Below, one piece after another: positions 1 through 9,724 of a stretch of DNA of 64,000 nt; position 1 is the stretch's first letter; every line of letters starts with the position of its first letter. Position numbers and translations under genes: made by a program. The stretch lies in assembly GCA_963717935.1 (NCBI GenBank), contig CAVQXP010000004.1:1369280-1433279 (forward strand). The letters are read 5' to 3'. The notes beneath the pieces were generated by a model, which ran no database searches, was not told where the DNA came from, and saw only the letters and a list, made by a program, of their open reading frames with translations. The DNA is from Candidatus Eiseniibacteriota bacterium. GTDB taxonomy: Bacteria; Eisenbacteria; RBG-16-71-46.

Positions 1-1487
1 GGGGCCCGGTCCGCGGCAAACTGCTCTTCCCAGAGCACCACCTGTCGCACGCCGCGAGTGCCTTCTACCCGTCGCCCTACGACGAGGCTGCGGTCCTCAC
101 GGTGGACGGCGTGGGCGAGTACGCCACGACCACGGGCGGACACGGCCGGGGAAGGGACCTGCGAATCACCCGACAGATCGACTTCCCGCACTCACTCGGC
201 CTGCTCTACTCAGCCTTCACCTACCATACCGGCTTCAAGGTGAACTCCGGCGAATACAAGGTCATGGGCCTGGCGCCCTATGGCGAGCCTCGCTATGTGA
301 AGACACTCTATGAGCATATCATCGACGTGCGACCGGACGGCTCGTACCGGCTCGATATGAAGTACTTCGAGTACGCCACCGGCCTGAAGATGACCAGCGG
401 CGCATTCGACGAGTTGTTCGGGCACAAGCCCCGTGATCCCGAGAGCACGCTCACGCAGCACGAGATGGACATGGCCGCCTCCCTGCAGGTCGTCACCGAG
501 GAGGTCATGCTCAAGCTCGCCTGCCACGCGCACGAGCAGACCCGCTCAAAGAACCTGGTGCTGGCCGGTGGGGTCGCGCTCAACTGTGTGGCCAACGGTC
601 GGATCCTGCGGGAGGGGCCTTTCGAGAATGTCTGGATTCAGCCCGCCGCGGGCGATGCCGGCGGCGCGGTCGGCGCGGCGCTCGCGGTGTGGCACATGTA
701 TCTTGGCAATGGGCGCCAGAGCGACGGGCGGACCGACCGCATGAAGGGCGCCTACCTTGGCCCGGAGTTCAGCGACGACGAGGTCGAGCGCCGACTTGCG
801 CGCCTGGGCGCGGTCGCCACGCGCATCCCGGACGACGACGTGCTCTACCGCGAGGCCGCCCGGCTGATCGACGAGGGCAATGTCATCGGCTGGCACCAGG
901 GCCGCATGGAGTTCGGCCCCCGCGCGCTCGGCGCGCGCTCGATCGTGGGTGACGCGCGAAACAAGGAAATGCAGAAGAAGATGAATCTGAAGATCAAGTA
1001 CCGCGAGTCGTTCCGGCCCTTTGCGCCCTCGGTCATGCTCGAGATGGTCAACGAGTACTTCGACCTCGACCGCGAGTCCCCGTACATGCTGCTGGTCGAC
1101 TACGTCAAGAAGGGGCGCCAGAATCCGATGACCGAGGAGCAGGAGCGGCTCTTTGGCATCGACAAGCTGAACATCATCCGGTCTGACATCCCAGCCATCA
1201 CGCACATCGACTATTCCGCGCGTATCCAGACCGTGGACCGCGCCACCGCCCCGCGGTACTGGAACCTGATCAACGCCTTCAAGGAGCGCTCGGGCTACGG
1301 CATCGTCGTCAACACCTCGTTCAACGTTCGCGGCGAGCCGATCGTGTGCACGCCCGAGGATTCGTACCTATGCTTCATGCGCACCGAGATGGACTACCTC
1401 TTCTGCGGGAACTGGATGATGTCGAAGACCGAGCAGCCAAAGCTGCGCGACGACGTCGACTGGCGCCGGCAGTACGAACTCGACTAG
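1..1487 (+). CDS. Carbamoyltransferase, NodU/CmcH family (5' end outside window)
   Basis: Open frame from window start; translation contains EHHLSHAASAFYPSPYDEAAVLTVDGVGEYATTT and the C-terminal carbamoyltransferase region (VNTSFNVRGEPIVCTPEDSY); ORF-track 102..1487 is the in-window portion. Confidence 0.9.
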   Translation, partial: GPVRGKLLFPEHHLSHAASAFYPSPYDEAAVLTVDGVGEYATTTGGHGRGRDLRITRQIDFPHSLGLLYSAFTYHTGFKVNSGEYKVMGLAPYGEPRYVKTLYEHIIDVRPDGSYRLDMKYFEYATGLKMTSGAFDELFGHKPRDPESTLTQHEMDMAASLQVVTEEVMLKLACHAHEQTRSKNLVLAGGVALNCVANGRILREGPFENVWIQPAAGDAGGAVGAALAVWHMYLGNGRQSDGRTDRMKGAYLGPEFSDDEVERRLARLGAVATRIPDDDVLYREAARLIDEGNVIGWHQGRMEFGPRALGARSIVGDARNKEMQKKMNLKIKYRESFRPFAPSVMLEMVNEYFDLDRESPYMLLVDYVKKGRQNPMTEEQERLFGIDKLNIIRSDIPAITHIDYSARIQTVDRATAPRYWNLINAFKERSGYGIVVNTSFNVRGEPIVCTPEDSYLCFMRTEMDYLFCGNWMMSKTEQPKLRDDVDWRRQYELD

Positions 1488-1511
1488 CCCGACCGGAGGA
1501 GGGAGACCACG

Positions 1512-1907
1512 ATGTCGAAAGTCTCTGACTACCAGACGCGCCTCGGCTCCATGCAACTGGCGGGGGCTTTTGCGCTGCTCTTCCTAGTCCTGCATCTGCT
1601 GCACCAACGTTCCGACCCGCTGTTCCTCCACATCGCGGTCGGCTGCCTGGTGCTCGGGGTGTTCTTCTATCGCCTGCTGACGCCGGTCTTCTGGCTCTGG
1701 TCCCGCTTCGGCACGCTCCTCAACAAGGTGATCGGGCCGCTCGTCTTTGGCCTGCTCTTCTACGGCTTCCTGACGCCGATTGCGCTGCTGCGCCGGCTGG
1801 CAGGCGGCAAGGGTCTGCCGACCGGCTTCGCGCCGCCGGGGGAGAGCGCCTGGATCAAGCGCGGGGACGAGCCGTTCAAGCCCGCCGAGTTCGAGAGGCA
1901 GTTCTAG
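1512..1907 (+). CDS. SxtJ-like small polytopic membrane protein (carbamoyltransferase-associated)
   Basis: 131 aa, 3-4 predicted TM helices, immediately downstream of carbamoyltransferase as in sxtI-sxtJ-sxtK-type cassettes; family assignment from recall of that neighbourhood. Confidence 0.55.
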   Translation: MSKVSDYQTRLGSMQLAGAFALLFLVLHLLHQRSDPLFLHIAVGCLVLGVFFYRLLTPVFWLWSRFGTLLNKVIGPLVFGLLFYGFLTPIALLRRLAGGKGLPTGFAPPGESAWIKRGDEPFKPAEFERQF

Positions 1908-1923
1908 CCCGCCGGGTCGCGCG

Positions 1924-3300
1924 ATGACCGATCCCCGGCACGCACGGAACGTCAGGGTCCTCTTCGGGCTCGTCACCCTGGCGGGTTTCGTCACGGTGAT
2001 CATCGGGCTGCTGTTCACCGAGCGGCTGCTCACTCCGTTTGCAGACCACCCGCACATCAATCCGATCAATGTGCGCTACATCCGCCTTGTGCAGATCCGC
2101 TATCTCGTCCTTGGAGCGTCGCTATCCGCGCTCGGGCTGCTGCTCCCACGCATCATCGGGTTCCGGGACTGGCTGGCGGGGCAGCCCCGCGCGATCAACG
2201 TCATCCTGCTGCTGTCCTTCGTCGCGTGGCCGTGCGCGATTCTTGAGCTGGCGCTCTGGGCGCACCCGCAGTTCTCGACCGCCGAGACCCTCAAGCGCTC
2301 GATCAGCTACGTTCCCTCCGCGTTCAGCGTCCACCGCATGGTAGAGCGCGAGCAGACCGTGCTTGCCCCCGACCTGCTGAACCGCAGGCCCATCTACTCG
2401 ATTCGAAATGGCTACCGAAGCCGGCCCTTCGACGTGCGCAAGCCGGCGGGGGAGATCCGCATCTTCATCATCGGCGGGTCCCACGTCCTGGACGCCTGGT
2501 CCTACGGGGAGCAGGACTGGCCCACCGCGACCGAGACCCGTCTGCACGAGCTCGGCTTCCGCAACGTGCGCGTCATCAATGCCGGCACGGCGGGCCACCG
2601 CACCTTCGACGCGCTGGGGCGACTGGTCTCGGAGATCCACCTCTACGCCCCCGACTACGTGGTGCTCTGCTGCACGTACAACGACCTCAAGTTCTTTCCC
2701 TGGGTGAGCCCGGAAAGAACCCTGCTCAAGGGCATCGAGCCGCTGCCGGGCCCGACGCACCGCCCGATCGGGTTCCTGCGCTGGCTGCTCGAACACAGCC
2801 AGCTCTATGTGCGCGCGAGCAACGCCGTTGCACAGCTCACCGGGCGTGTCGCGAAGCAAGCGGGCGGCGACCTCGACGTCGCCCCAACCGAGGGCGGCTA
2901 CCAGGAGATCAGCCCCTACGCGCTGCGGCAGTATCAGCTGCAGCTGCGGGTCTTCGCGGACATTTGCACGAACGCCGGCATCCAGCCGGTATTCTTCACC
3001 GAATCGCGGCTGATCACCCAGGCCAACTACGCCGAGATTGAGAAGAAGGGTGGCTACCGGACCACGATCAGGCTCGCCCCGGGAACCCTGGCCGACACGT
3101 ATCGGCAGTGTGACTCGCTGCTGCGTCTGGTGGCCGAGGAGAAACACGCCTACTTCTTCGATCTGGCGAAGACCGTAAGCGGCATCGAAGCCGACTTCCG
3201 TGACCCGATTCACCTTGAACCACAGGGTAGCGCTGTCGTCGCGGCGAGCGCGGCCGACTACCTTTCCACCATCCTCAAGAAACGAAAGAGCGAGAGGTGA
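1924..3300 (+). CDS. Membrane-anchored SGNH/GDSL-family hydrolase (N-terminal 4-TM domain + SGNH domain)
   Basis: ATG at 1924 within ORF 1780..3300; IFIIGGSHVLD (block I Ser) and DPIHL (DxxH block V) motifs; hydrophobic N-terminus. Confidence 0.7.
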   Translation: MTDPRHARNVRVLFGLVTLAGFVTVIIGLLFTERLLTPFADHPHINPINVRYIRLVQIRYLVLGASLSALGLLLPRIIGFRDWLAGQPRAINVILLLSFVAWPCAILELALWAHPQFSTAETLKRSISYVPSAFSVHRMVEREQTVLAPDLLNRRPIYSIRNGYRSRPFDVRKPAGEIRIFIIGGSHVLDAWSYGEQDWPTATETRLHELGFRNVRVINAGTAGHRTFDALGRLVSEIHLYAPDYVVLCCTYNDLKFFPWVSPERTLLKGIEPLPGPTHRPIGFLRWLLEHSQLYVRASNAVAQLTGRVAKQAGGDLDVAPTEGGYQEISPYALRQYQLQLRVFADICTNAGIQPVFFTESRLITQANYAEIEKKGGYRTTIRLAPGTLADTYRQCDSLLRLVAEEKHAYFFDLAKTVSGIEADFRDPIHLEPQGSAVVAASAADYLSTILKKRKSER

Positions 3301-3303
3301 AGC

Positions 3304-3453
3304 ATGGACTTCCTGACTGACCTGTGGGTGTTCCTCAAGGAACGCAAGAAGTGGTGGCTGCTCCCCGTCATCGTCGTGGTGCTCGTGTTCGGCATCGTCC
3401 TCGTGTTCGGGGGCGCCTCTGCACTCTCGCCGTTCATCTACGCCCTGTTCTAG
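3304..3453 (+). CDS. DUF5989/SxtK-like 49-aa single-TM protein (below ORF-track length cutoff)
   Basis: ATG 3304, TAG 3451-3453; MDFLTDLWVFLKERKKWWLLPVIVVVLVFGIVLVFGGASALSPFIYALF; 3 nt after upstream stop; typical companion of the carbamoyltransferase/SxtJ pair. Confidence 0.55.
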   Translation: MDFLTDLWVFLKERKKWWLLPVIVVVLVFGIVLVFGGASALSPFIYALF

Positions 3454-3670
3454 CAGCACGGAGCGTAGGGCGGGGGGGGGACGTCGGCGCGCGATCGAAA
3501 TCACACTCACCATGGGTCTGACTGCCCCCGCTGCTGCGCCCCCCACGCCGGGCGTCCGGGGCGCGGCGCGCTTGCGTGCCAGTGGGTCCGCAGGAAGGCC
3601 GGCATGTGGCCGGGGTCCGCGCGTTCCGGCAAGTTGCCGCCGTCAGGTCGCCTCTTTCACCCGTACCAAA

Positions 3671-3675
3671 GCCGG
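3671..3675. repeat. Putative 5-bp target-site duplication (gccgg), left copy; right copy at 5905-5909
   Basis: gccgg immediately flanks both IS termini (aaaGCCGG|tgtca ... tgaca|GCCGGgag). Confidence 0.45.
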
Positions 3676-3748
3676 TGTCATCGGTCATGCAAAAGTCCCC
3701 ACTTGCGGTCAGTGAAAGTTCCCCACCCGCACCGAGAGGAGGAGCGGG

Positions 3749-5074
3749 ATGGCAGAGCAGCAAGTGGAGGAGCGTGGGACCATGGGCGCCGAGGGATTGG
3801 CCCTCGGGGAGGAACGCATGGTCCGGGAAGACCGTTGGCAGGAGATCCACCGACTGCATCGTGACGAGGGCGTGCCGATCGCCGAGATCGCCCGCCGGCT
3901 GGAGCTCGACCGCAAGACCGTCCGCCGCTGCCTGAGCCAGGGGGCGTGGCAGCCCTACCAGCGGCCGATCCGCACCGACACGCTACTCGCCGAACATGCC
4001 GAGCACCTGCGGCGCCGGGCGCCCGAGGTCCACTACTCGGCCCAGATCCTGTTCCAGGAGCTGCGCCAGCGCGGCTACGGGGGTAGCTACCCGACGGTGA
4101 AGCGGTTCGTGCAGCCGCTGCGCCGGGCCGAGACGCTGGCCGAACGGGCGACGGTGCGCTTCGAGACCCCGCCGGGCCAGCAGAGCCAGATCGACTGGGG
4201 CTCGAGTCGGGCGCGCTTCCGCCATGAACCGGTGGTCCTGCACTGGTTCGTGCTGACCCTGGGCTACAGTCGGCGCAGCTACTTCGACGTCGCGCTCAAC
4301 GAGCAGTTGCCCCAGTTCCTCGACGCCCACGAGCGCGCCTTCGATCACTTCGGCGGCCGCACCCGCGAGCACCTCTACGACCGCCCACGCACCATCTGCA
4401 GCCCGGCCGGGGACGGGACGGTGATCTGGAACTCGACCTTCAAGAGCTTCGCCGACTACTGGGGCTTCGAGGCCCGGCTGTGCCGGCCCTACCGGGCCCA
4501 GACCAAGGGCAAGGTCGAGTCGGGGGTCAAGTACGTGAAGCACAACTTCGTGCCGGGGCGCGACTTCGTCGACCTGCTCGACACCCGCGAGCAACTGGCC
4601 GAGTGGAACGCCACCATCGCCGACCTGCGCGTGCACGGCACCACCCATGAGCGGCCGCTCGACCGCTTCGCGGTTGAGCGTGGCCATCTGCTGCCCACCA
4701 CCCAGCACCCCAGCTACCGGCTCGAGACCCGCTACGGCCGGATCGTGGCCGACGACTACCTGGTGAGCCTCGACACCAACCGCTACTCGGTGCCCTTCAC
4801 CCTGATCGGCCAGACCGTGGAGGTCGAGCGCCGTGCGGGCGAGGTGCGGATCCACCACGCGGGCCGGCTGGTGGTGGCCCACTCCGAGCTCAGTGGCCGT
4901 CACCAGGTACGCGTGCTGCCCGAGCATGGACCCGGCGCCAGCGCCCGCAACCCCCGCCTGCGCAGCTCCACGGCGCCGGCGACGACGTCGCTCCACCAAC
5001 CCCACGGACTCGACGTCGAGGTCCGCGACCTGGCGCTCTACGAGGTGCTGTGCGGCCCGGGAGGTGAGGCATGA
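3749..5074 (+). CDS. istA: IS21 family transposase IstA
   Basis: 441 aa; N-terminal HTH (EDRWQEIHRLHRDEGVPIAEIARRLELDRKTVRRCL), DDE integrase core; GAGGAGG RBS 6 nt upstream of ATG 3749. Confidence 0.9.
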   Translation: MAEQQVEERGTMGAEGLALGEERMVREDRWQEIHRLHRDEGVPIAEIARRLELDRKTVRRCLSQGAWQPYQRPIRTDTLLAEHAEHLRRRAPEVHYSAQILFQELRQRGYGGSYPTVKRFVQPLRRAETLAERATVRFETPPGQQSQIDWGSSRARFRHEPVVLHWFVLTLGYSRRSYFDVALNEQLPQFLDAHERAFDHFGGRTREHLYDRPRTICSPAGDGTVIWNSTFKSFADYWGFEARLCRPYRAQTKGKVESGVKYVKHNFVPGRDFVDLLDTREQLAEWNATIADLRVHGTTHERPLDRFAVERGHLLPTTQHPSYRLETRYGRIVADDYLVSLDTNRYSVPFTLIGQTVEVERRAGEVRIHHAGRLVVAHSELSGRHQVRVLPEHGPGASARNPRLRSSTAPATTSLHQPHGLDVEVRDLALYEVLCGPGGEA

Positions 5075-5847
5075 ACCCGCTCCAACTCGAGCGCCTGAGC
5101 GAGCAGTTGCAGCGACTGCGGCTGTTCAAGAGCCGCGAACGGCTCGAGGCCCTGCTCCAGGAGGCCAGCGGTGAGGAACTGAGCTACGCCGACTTCCTCG
5201 ACCGGCTGCTCACCGAGGAGGTCACCTCCAAGACCGCCAAGAACGTCACCATGCGCACCAGCCTGGCCCGCTTCCCGTTCGTCAAGAGCCTCGAGAGCTT
5301 CGACTTCGGCTACCAGCCCTCGATCGACAAGAAGCAGCTCCAGACCCTGGCCAACTGCCACTTCATCGAGCACGGCGAGAACGTGCTCCTGCTCGGGCCC
5401 CCGGGCGTCGGCAAGACTCACCTGGCCGTCGGACTGGGCTTGAAGGCCATCGAGTGCGGCTACCGAGTGCTGTTCACCACCGCCGCCGGCATGATCGCCG
5501 CCCTCGGCAAGGCCCTGGCCGAGGGCCGGCTCGACGAGAAGCTCAAGCTCTACACCGTGCCACGGCTCTTGATCATCGACGAGATCGGCTACCTGCCCAT
5601 CGACCAGACCGGCGCCAACCTGTTCTTCCAACTCATCAGCCGGCGCTACGAGAAGGGGCCGATGATCCTCACCAGCAACCAGAGCTTCGGCAGCTGGGGC
5701 GACGTCTTCGGGGACCGGGTCATCGCCGCCGCCATCCTCGACCGGGTCCTCCACCACGCCGTCACCGTCAACATCCGCGGCAACAGCTACCGGCTCAAGG
5801 ACCGCCTCAAGGCCGGGCTGCTGCAGCCGGCCGAGACCGTCAGCTAA
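5071..5847 (+). CDS. istB: IS21 family helper ATPase IstB
   Basis: 258 aa; Walker A GPPGVGKTHLA, Walker B LLIIDEIGY; start overlaps istA stop (ATGA). Confidence 0.9.
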   Translation: MNPLQLERLSEQLQRLRLFKSRERLEALLQEASGEELSYADFLDRLLTEEVTSKTAKNVTMRTSLARFPFVKSLESFDFGYQPSIDKKQLQTLANCHFIEHGENVLLLGPPGVGKTHLAVGLGLKAIECGYRVLFTTAAGMIAALGKALAEGRLDEKLKLYTVPRLLIIDEIGYLPIDQTGANLFFQLISRRYEKGPMILTSNQSFGSWGDVFGDRVIAAAILDRVLHHAVTVNIRGNSYRLKDRLKAGLLQPAETVS

Positions 5848-5993
5848 CCCTGGGGTGGGGAGATTTCAATGACCGCAGGTGGGGAGATTTGGGTGACCGT
5901 TGACAGCCGGGAGACCCGACGAGGCGAGCCCGACGGACACCACGCTTTGCCCATGGGTGGCCCGCCTGTTCCCGACGATGTGTTCGGGGGCAT

Positions 5994-7070
5994 TCACGGG
6001 CGAACCTTTGCTGCCAGCCGGCGGGCTAGATCCTTGGCCGACTGCCAGGGCGTCTCGCCGCGGATCCCCGCGGTTCCCAGACGGATTTGCTGCCAGAGCA
6101 ACGAATAGAACAGGTTGGACCCGTCGAACAACCGATTCGGATCTCGAAGCTTCCAGGCCAGCATCTGGCGCAACCAGGGCGGATAGACGGCTTGAAATGC
6201 CCCGAGGGATTCTCTCGTAAAGCTCCGGACGATCCTCCACGCCTCGTCCCTCGCCTCGAATGGCAGATCTTCATGGGATCTCCGGGTCCCCACGCTCAAC
6301 GCCAACAACCGCCAAGCCGATATCCTCCGCAAGTGAGATGTGCCCGCGGACCGCTCCTCTGCAATCTGAGCCAGCACGCCCAAAGCCCGATAACAACTCG
6401 AAAACCGGACTATATCCATCCGGCGGTGCTGCGCAGAATCAGGTCGATGACACGCATGATAGAACACCTCGTCCACATAGCCCACACGCTTGGCTGAACG
6501 CAACGCCCGATGCAAGAAGATGCTATCCTCGTAATTGCTGAAGTCCTCCGGAAAGCGCAATGCGCCGAAGCGCTCTCGTGAGAAGAGCTTTGTGCAACAA
6601 CTCAATCCCGCTCTGATATACGCTCTCGCGGCTTCCGTATCATCCGCCATGTCCGAGATCCCTGAAAACGAGCGAACCGGCATCGCCTCTCCCGGCCCCT
6701 CCTTGCCGAAGGTGAGCCGACAACCAACCAAATCGCACTGCCCGTCCCCGGCCAGGGCGCACAGCCGCGTGTACATCTCGGGCTCTATCCAGTCATCCGC
6801 ATCGACAAAACCAACCCAACGGCCGCGTGCCACGTCCAAGCCCCGGTTGCGTGTAGACGAAACCCCCAGGCGCGAGGGGTTGTTCAGTAGGCGAATGCGC
6901 GGATCGTTCGCGGCAATAGCGGTCAAGATAGGCAGGCCGGCATCCCCCTCCCCATCGACCACGAAGATGAATTCGATGTCGGCAAGGGTCTGGCGTAGCA
7001 GAGAGTCCACGCATGTCCGCAACATCTCATCGGGCACTTGATACACTGGAACAACGACGGACACCTTCAT
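5994..7070 (-). CDS. Glycosyltransferase family 2
   Basis: MKVSVVVPVYQ...DADD motif; ATG at 7070 inside ORF 5994..7103; converges on the IS. Confidence 0.8.
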   Translation of the reverse strand: MKVSVVVPVYQVPDEMLRTCVDSLLRQTLADIEFIFVVDGEGDAGLPILTAIAANDPRIRLLNNPSRLGVSSTRNRGLDVARGRWVGFVDADDWIEPEMYTRLCALAGDGQCDLVGCRLTFGKEGPGEAMPVRSFSGISDMADDTEAARAYIRAGLSCCTKLFSRERFGALRFPEDFSNYEDSIFLHRALRSAKRVGYVDEVFYHACHRPDSAQHRRMDIVRFSSCYRALGVLAQIAEERSAGTSHLRRISAWRLLALSVGTRRSHEDLPFEARDEAWRIVRSFTRESLGAFQAVYPPWLRQMLAWKLRDPNRLFDGSNLFYSLLWQQIRLGTAGIRGETPWQSAKDLARRLAAKVRP

Positions 7071-7888
7071 GTCGTGTGCCCACGATCGATGTGCCCGGCC
7101 CATCTTCCGGGCGTACGAGCAGGCGGGAAAGACCGAGCGCAGTTCGGCAGCGGGGGCGGGGCGACGCGGATGCGCCGGCGCATGGCTTCGCTAGCAGGGT
7201 GCAACAACAGGTCTCCTGCAGCACTGGAGCCCAGCAGGCGCGCGCGAGGGAAATCGTTGACGACAACCGGTGCGCATGGCACCGGTCCGTTCAGCCAGCG
7301 AAGAGCCTCGATCATCGAGCGGACCATGTCGGACGAAGCAACTGCCTCTTCTCGCTCCTCTCGGCCTTCCGTGGAGCTTGGAGATGCGTTGACGGGGTGT
7401 GGCGGCCCGGTCGATCCACGGCCTCTCTTCTCCTACAAAGAGAGAGGGCCGGCAGGGTGAACCAGGAACTGGGCGATTGTGTCGCGACGTATCTCGGATT
7501 GCAAGGGTGCGCGGTGGTGGCGACGGCGCTCGTGCGACATCCCCGGCGCGGATGGGCGGCCGGCGGTGTCGTGCACGCGGCCGCCGGTCGCCGCGGTGCC
7601 CGGTGCTCTGGGCTCGTCCAGTTTGATGAAATCACTGCGGCATTTGTGCAGCAGATCGGCGGCAGCACGAGCGCGCGGGAGAGTGCCCCTGAGCCCGCGG
7701 TCATGAGGCATTCTGGCCAATCCGCTGAACCGGCCTCGCTGAGCGGGCAGCGAGCTGGGTCTTCAGAGGTTGCGAGGGCGTGGGGGCTGTTGAGCGCGGA
7801 TCGGAAGGGATGCTAGGCTCGGGATCGTTCGTGCCGTTCCCCGTCCTTCCACCACTTCTTCGTAGACGTCAGCGTATGGAGGCGTTGA

Positions 7889-9724
7889 ATGCCGGGCCTG
7901 ATGATTGTCGTCGGACCTCCGCCCTCGGGCCTCCTACCGGCCGAAACTGAGTGGCTCACGCCGGAAGCCGCGTGTGCGCGTGAACAGGTGTACGCGGGGC
8001 CACGCACCGAAGTCACCTTCGCCGCCCCACCCCACTACCCACGCCTGTCTTCCTCGAGTCCCGACTTCGAGTTGTTCGTCGAGGGACTGGTCTATGACCG
8101 GACCGATGACGAGCTGGTGGTCTTCGCCACCGAGCTTGCCCGAGTGGCACTCGCCGGCAGGCCGATCGATGAGCCCGTCCGCAGTTTCATGGCTGAAACG
8201 GATGGCGAGTACGTGTTCCTGCTCGTCCTCAAGCCGAGCGGTCGGGTGATTGTCTTCAACGATCCCTGGGGGCGCTTGCCGCTCTACACCGCCCAAACGC
8301 CTGCTGTGTTCCTGCTCGGTCGGGAACCAAAGGACCTGCTCGCTTATCTGCCCGAGATCCGCTTCGACCGCTACGCGATCACCGAATGGCTGGCATTCGA
8401 ATACACACTGAACCCGCGGTGGTTCGTGGAAGGTGTCGCTCAGGTGCCACCCGCGACGCTCTTTGACGTCACCGTCGGCGATGGCGCCGTGCGCGCCGCG
8501 CGGGAGGTCCTCATCGCCCAGGACTTCAGCGTGACCACGCCGCTCCGTGACCGCGCCGAGGCGGTCCGCCGCTACGCGGCGCACTACCTCGATGCCTACG
8601 CGGCACGCGTTGCCAAGCTCACCGAGCAGGGTTTCAGGCTCACCGCCGACCTGAGCGGGGGCTTCGACACGCGCGCCGTCTTCGCCGGCGCGCGCCGGCT
8701 CGATGCCCCGGTCGAGTTCTACACCGACGAACTGGTCACCGGCGACGAGACCGCCGCCGCCACTCGCCTGGCTGAGGCCGGCGGGGCGAGCGTGGTCCGA
8801 GTGCGCGGCGGCGGGTTCACGCGTGATGCCGCCGAGTGGCGTCGCGCTACGTTCCTGACCGGTGGTCGCGTGAACTGCAACACGATGATGGGAGCAGTGC
8901 TGCTCTCGCGGAGGCGCAAGGAGATCCTCAAGGACCGGGTCGCCCGGTTCATGGGCTTTGGCGGAGAGCTGGTGCGCCGGCCGTACGTGCAGCCCCACGG
9001 CTATCGGAGTTTTTCCGAGGCTCTCGCCGACGACGTGTACACGCGATACATCAAGGTCGCGGACGGCTGCCGACTGCTCGGTCTCGAGGCCCCCGGATTC
9101 CGGCAGCGCATGGCCGGCGCGGTGGAGGGCTGGAACGAGCGCAACGACGCGAACCGCGCCCGACGGCTCTACTTCGTGTTCCACTACGGGTTGGTCAATG
9201 CGGGAGAGGACCGCCAGCGCTGGTACTTCTGGACCGTGACCCCGATGTGGGCCCGCCCTGTGGTGCAATTCGCCTACCGTCGGCTCGAAGCGCAGGCGGT
9301 CGGCTACCCATTCTTCGTCGAGATGCTGCGGAGCATCTACCCGCAGGCGCTCGAACCCCCGCTTCACGGCAACCCCACCAACCTGACTTCCCGGTTCGAG
9401 GTCTGGTTTTACGCCGCCAAGACGGAATTGCTGGTGCAGTTGCGCAATCTCCGTGTCTATCGCCGTCTGCGCCGTGCCCTCTCACCCCGCGAGCGCTGGG
9501 CCATGCTGGCGACCAAGGAGGAGTTCGCCTGGTTCCGCGAGCAATTCGAGGCGACGTTCCGCGAGAGCAAAGCGGTGCGCGCCACGTTTGACGAGGCCGC
9601 GGTCATGGCGTTCGTGCAGCCCACCCAGGCGACCCAGCGTCTCAACCAGTTGCTGACGTCCGTCTACTTCGTGGCTGAGGTCGGCAAACGATTCTCCACG
9701 GTGCGGCTGGACCGCCAGCCTTGA
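7889..9724 (+). CDS. Asparagine synthetase B-like protein lacking the N-terminal Cys nucleophile (synthetase-domain PP-loop SGGFDTR present)
   Basis: 611 aa; begins MPGLMIVVG (no Cys2); AsnB N-domain pattern DGEYVFLLVL...GRLPLYTA; LSGGFDTR PP-loop; GGAGG RBS 7 nt upstream. Confidence 0.7.
   Translation: MPGLMIVVGPPPSGLLPAETEWLTPEAACAREQVYAGPRTEVTFAAPPHYPRLSSSSPDFELFVEGLVYDRTDDELVVFATELARVALAGRPIDEPVRSFMAETDGEYVFLLVLKPSGRVIVFNDPWGRLPLYTAQTPAVFLLGREPKDLLAYLPEIRFDRYAITEWLAFEYTLNPRWFVEGVAQVPPATLFDVTVGDGAVRAAREVLIAQDFSVTTPLRDRAEAVRRYAAHYLDAYAARVAKLTEQGFRLTADLSGGFDTRAVFAGARRLDAPVEFYTDELVTGDETAAATRLAEAGGASVVRVRGGGFTRDAAEWRRATFLTGGRVNCNTMMGAVLLSRRRKEILKDRVARFMGFGGELVRRPYVQPHGYRSFSEALADDVYTRYIKVADGCRLLGLEAPGFRQRMAGAVEGWNERNDANRARRLYFVFHYGLVNAGEDRQRWYFWTVTPMWARPVVQFAYRRLEAQAVGYPFFVEMLRSIYPQALEPPLHGNPTNLTSRFEVWFYAAKTELLVQLRNLRVYRRLRRALSPRERWAMLATKEEFAWFREQFEATFRESKAVRATFDEAAVMAFVQPTQATQRLNQLLTSVYFVAEVGKRFSTVRLDRQP

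Larger units (their letters stand above)
3676..5904 (+). mobile_element. IS21-family insertion sequence (istA + istB), complete, with multi-copy imperfect terminal inverted repeats ending TGTCA...TGACA
   Basis: Left end tgtcatcggtcatgcaaaagtccccacttgcggtcagtgaaagttccccaccc (3676-3730) is near-perfect reverse complement of right end ggtggggagatttcaatgaccgcaggtggggagatttgggtgaccgttgaca (5853-5904); flanked by 5-bp direct repeat gccgg. Confidence 0.85.

Noticed and set aside
7067-7327. 86-aa minus-strand ORF whose stop overlaps the GT2 start (ATGA)
   Set aside because: C-terminal half is Pro/Arg-rich and non-protein-like; coupling pattern may be coincidental; left unannotated
7104-7888. Search for a lasso-peptide-type precursor (Thr at -2, Gly1, Asp/Glu at 7-9) upstream of the AsnB-like gene
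   Set aside because: Only short non-conforming ORFs found (e.g. MKSLRHLCSRSAAARARGRVPLSPRS at ~7626); reported as an open question instead
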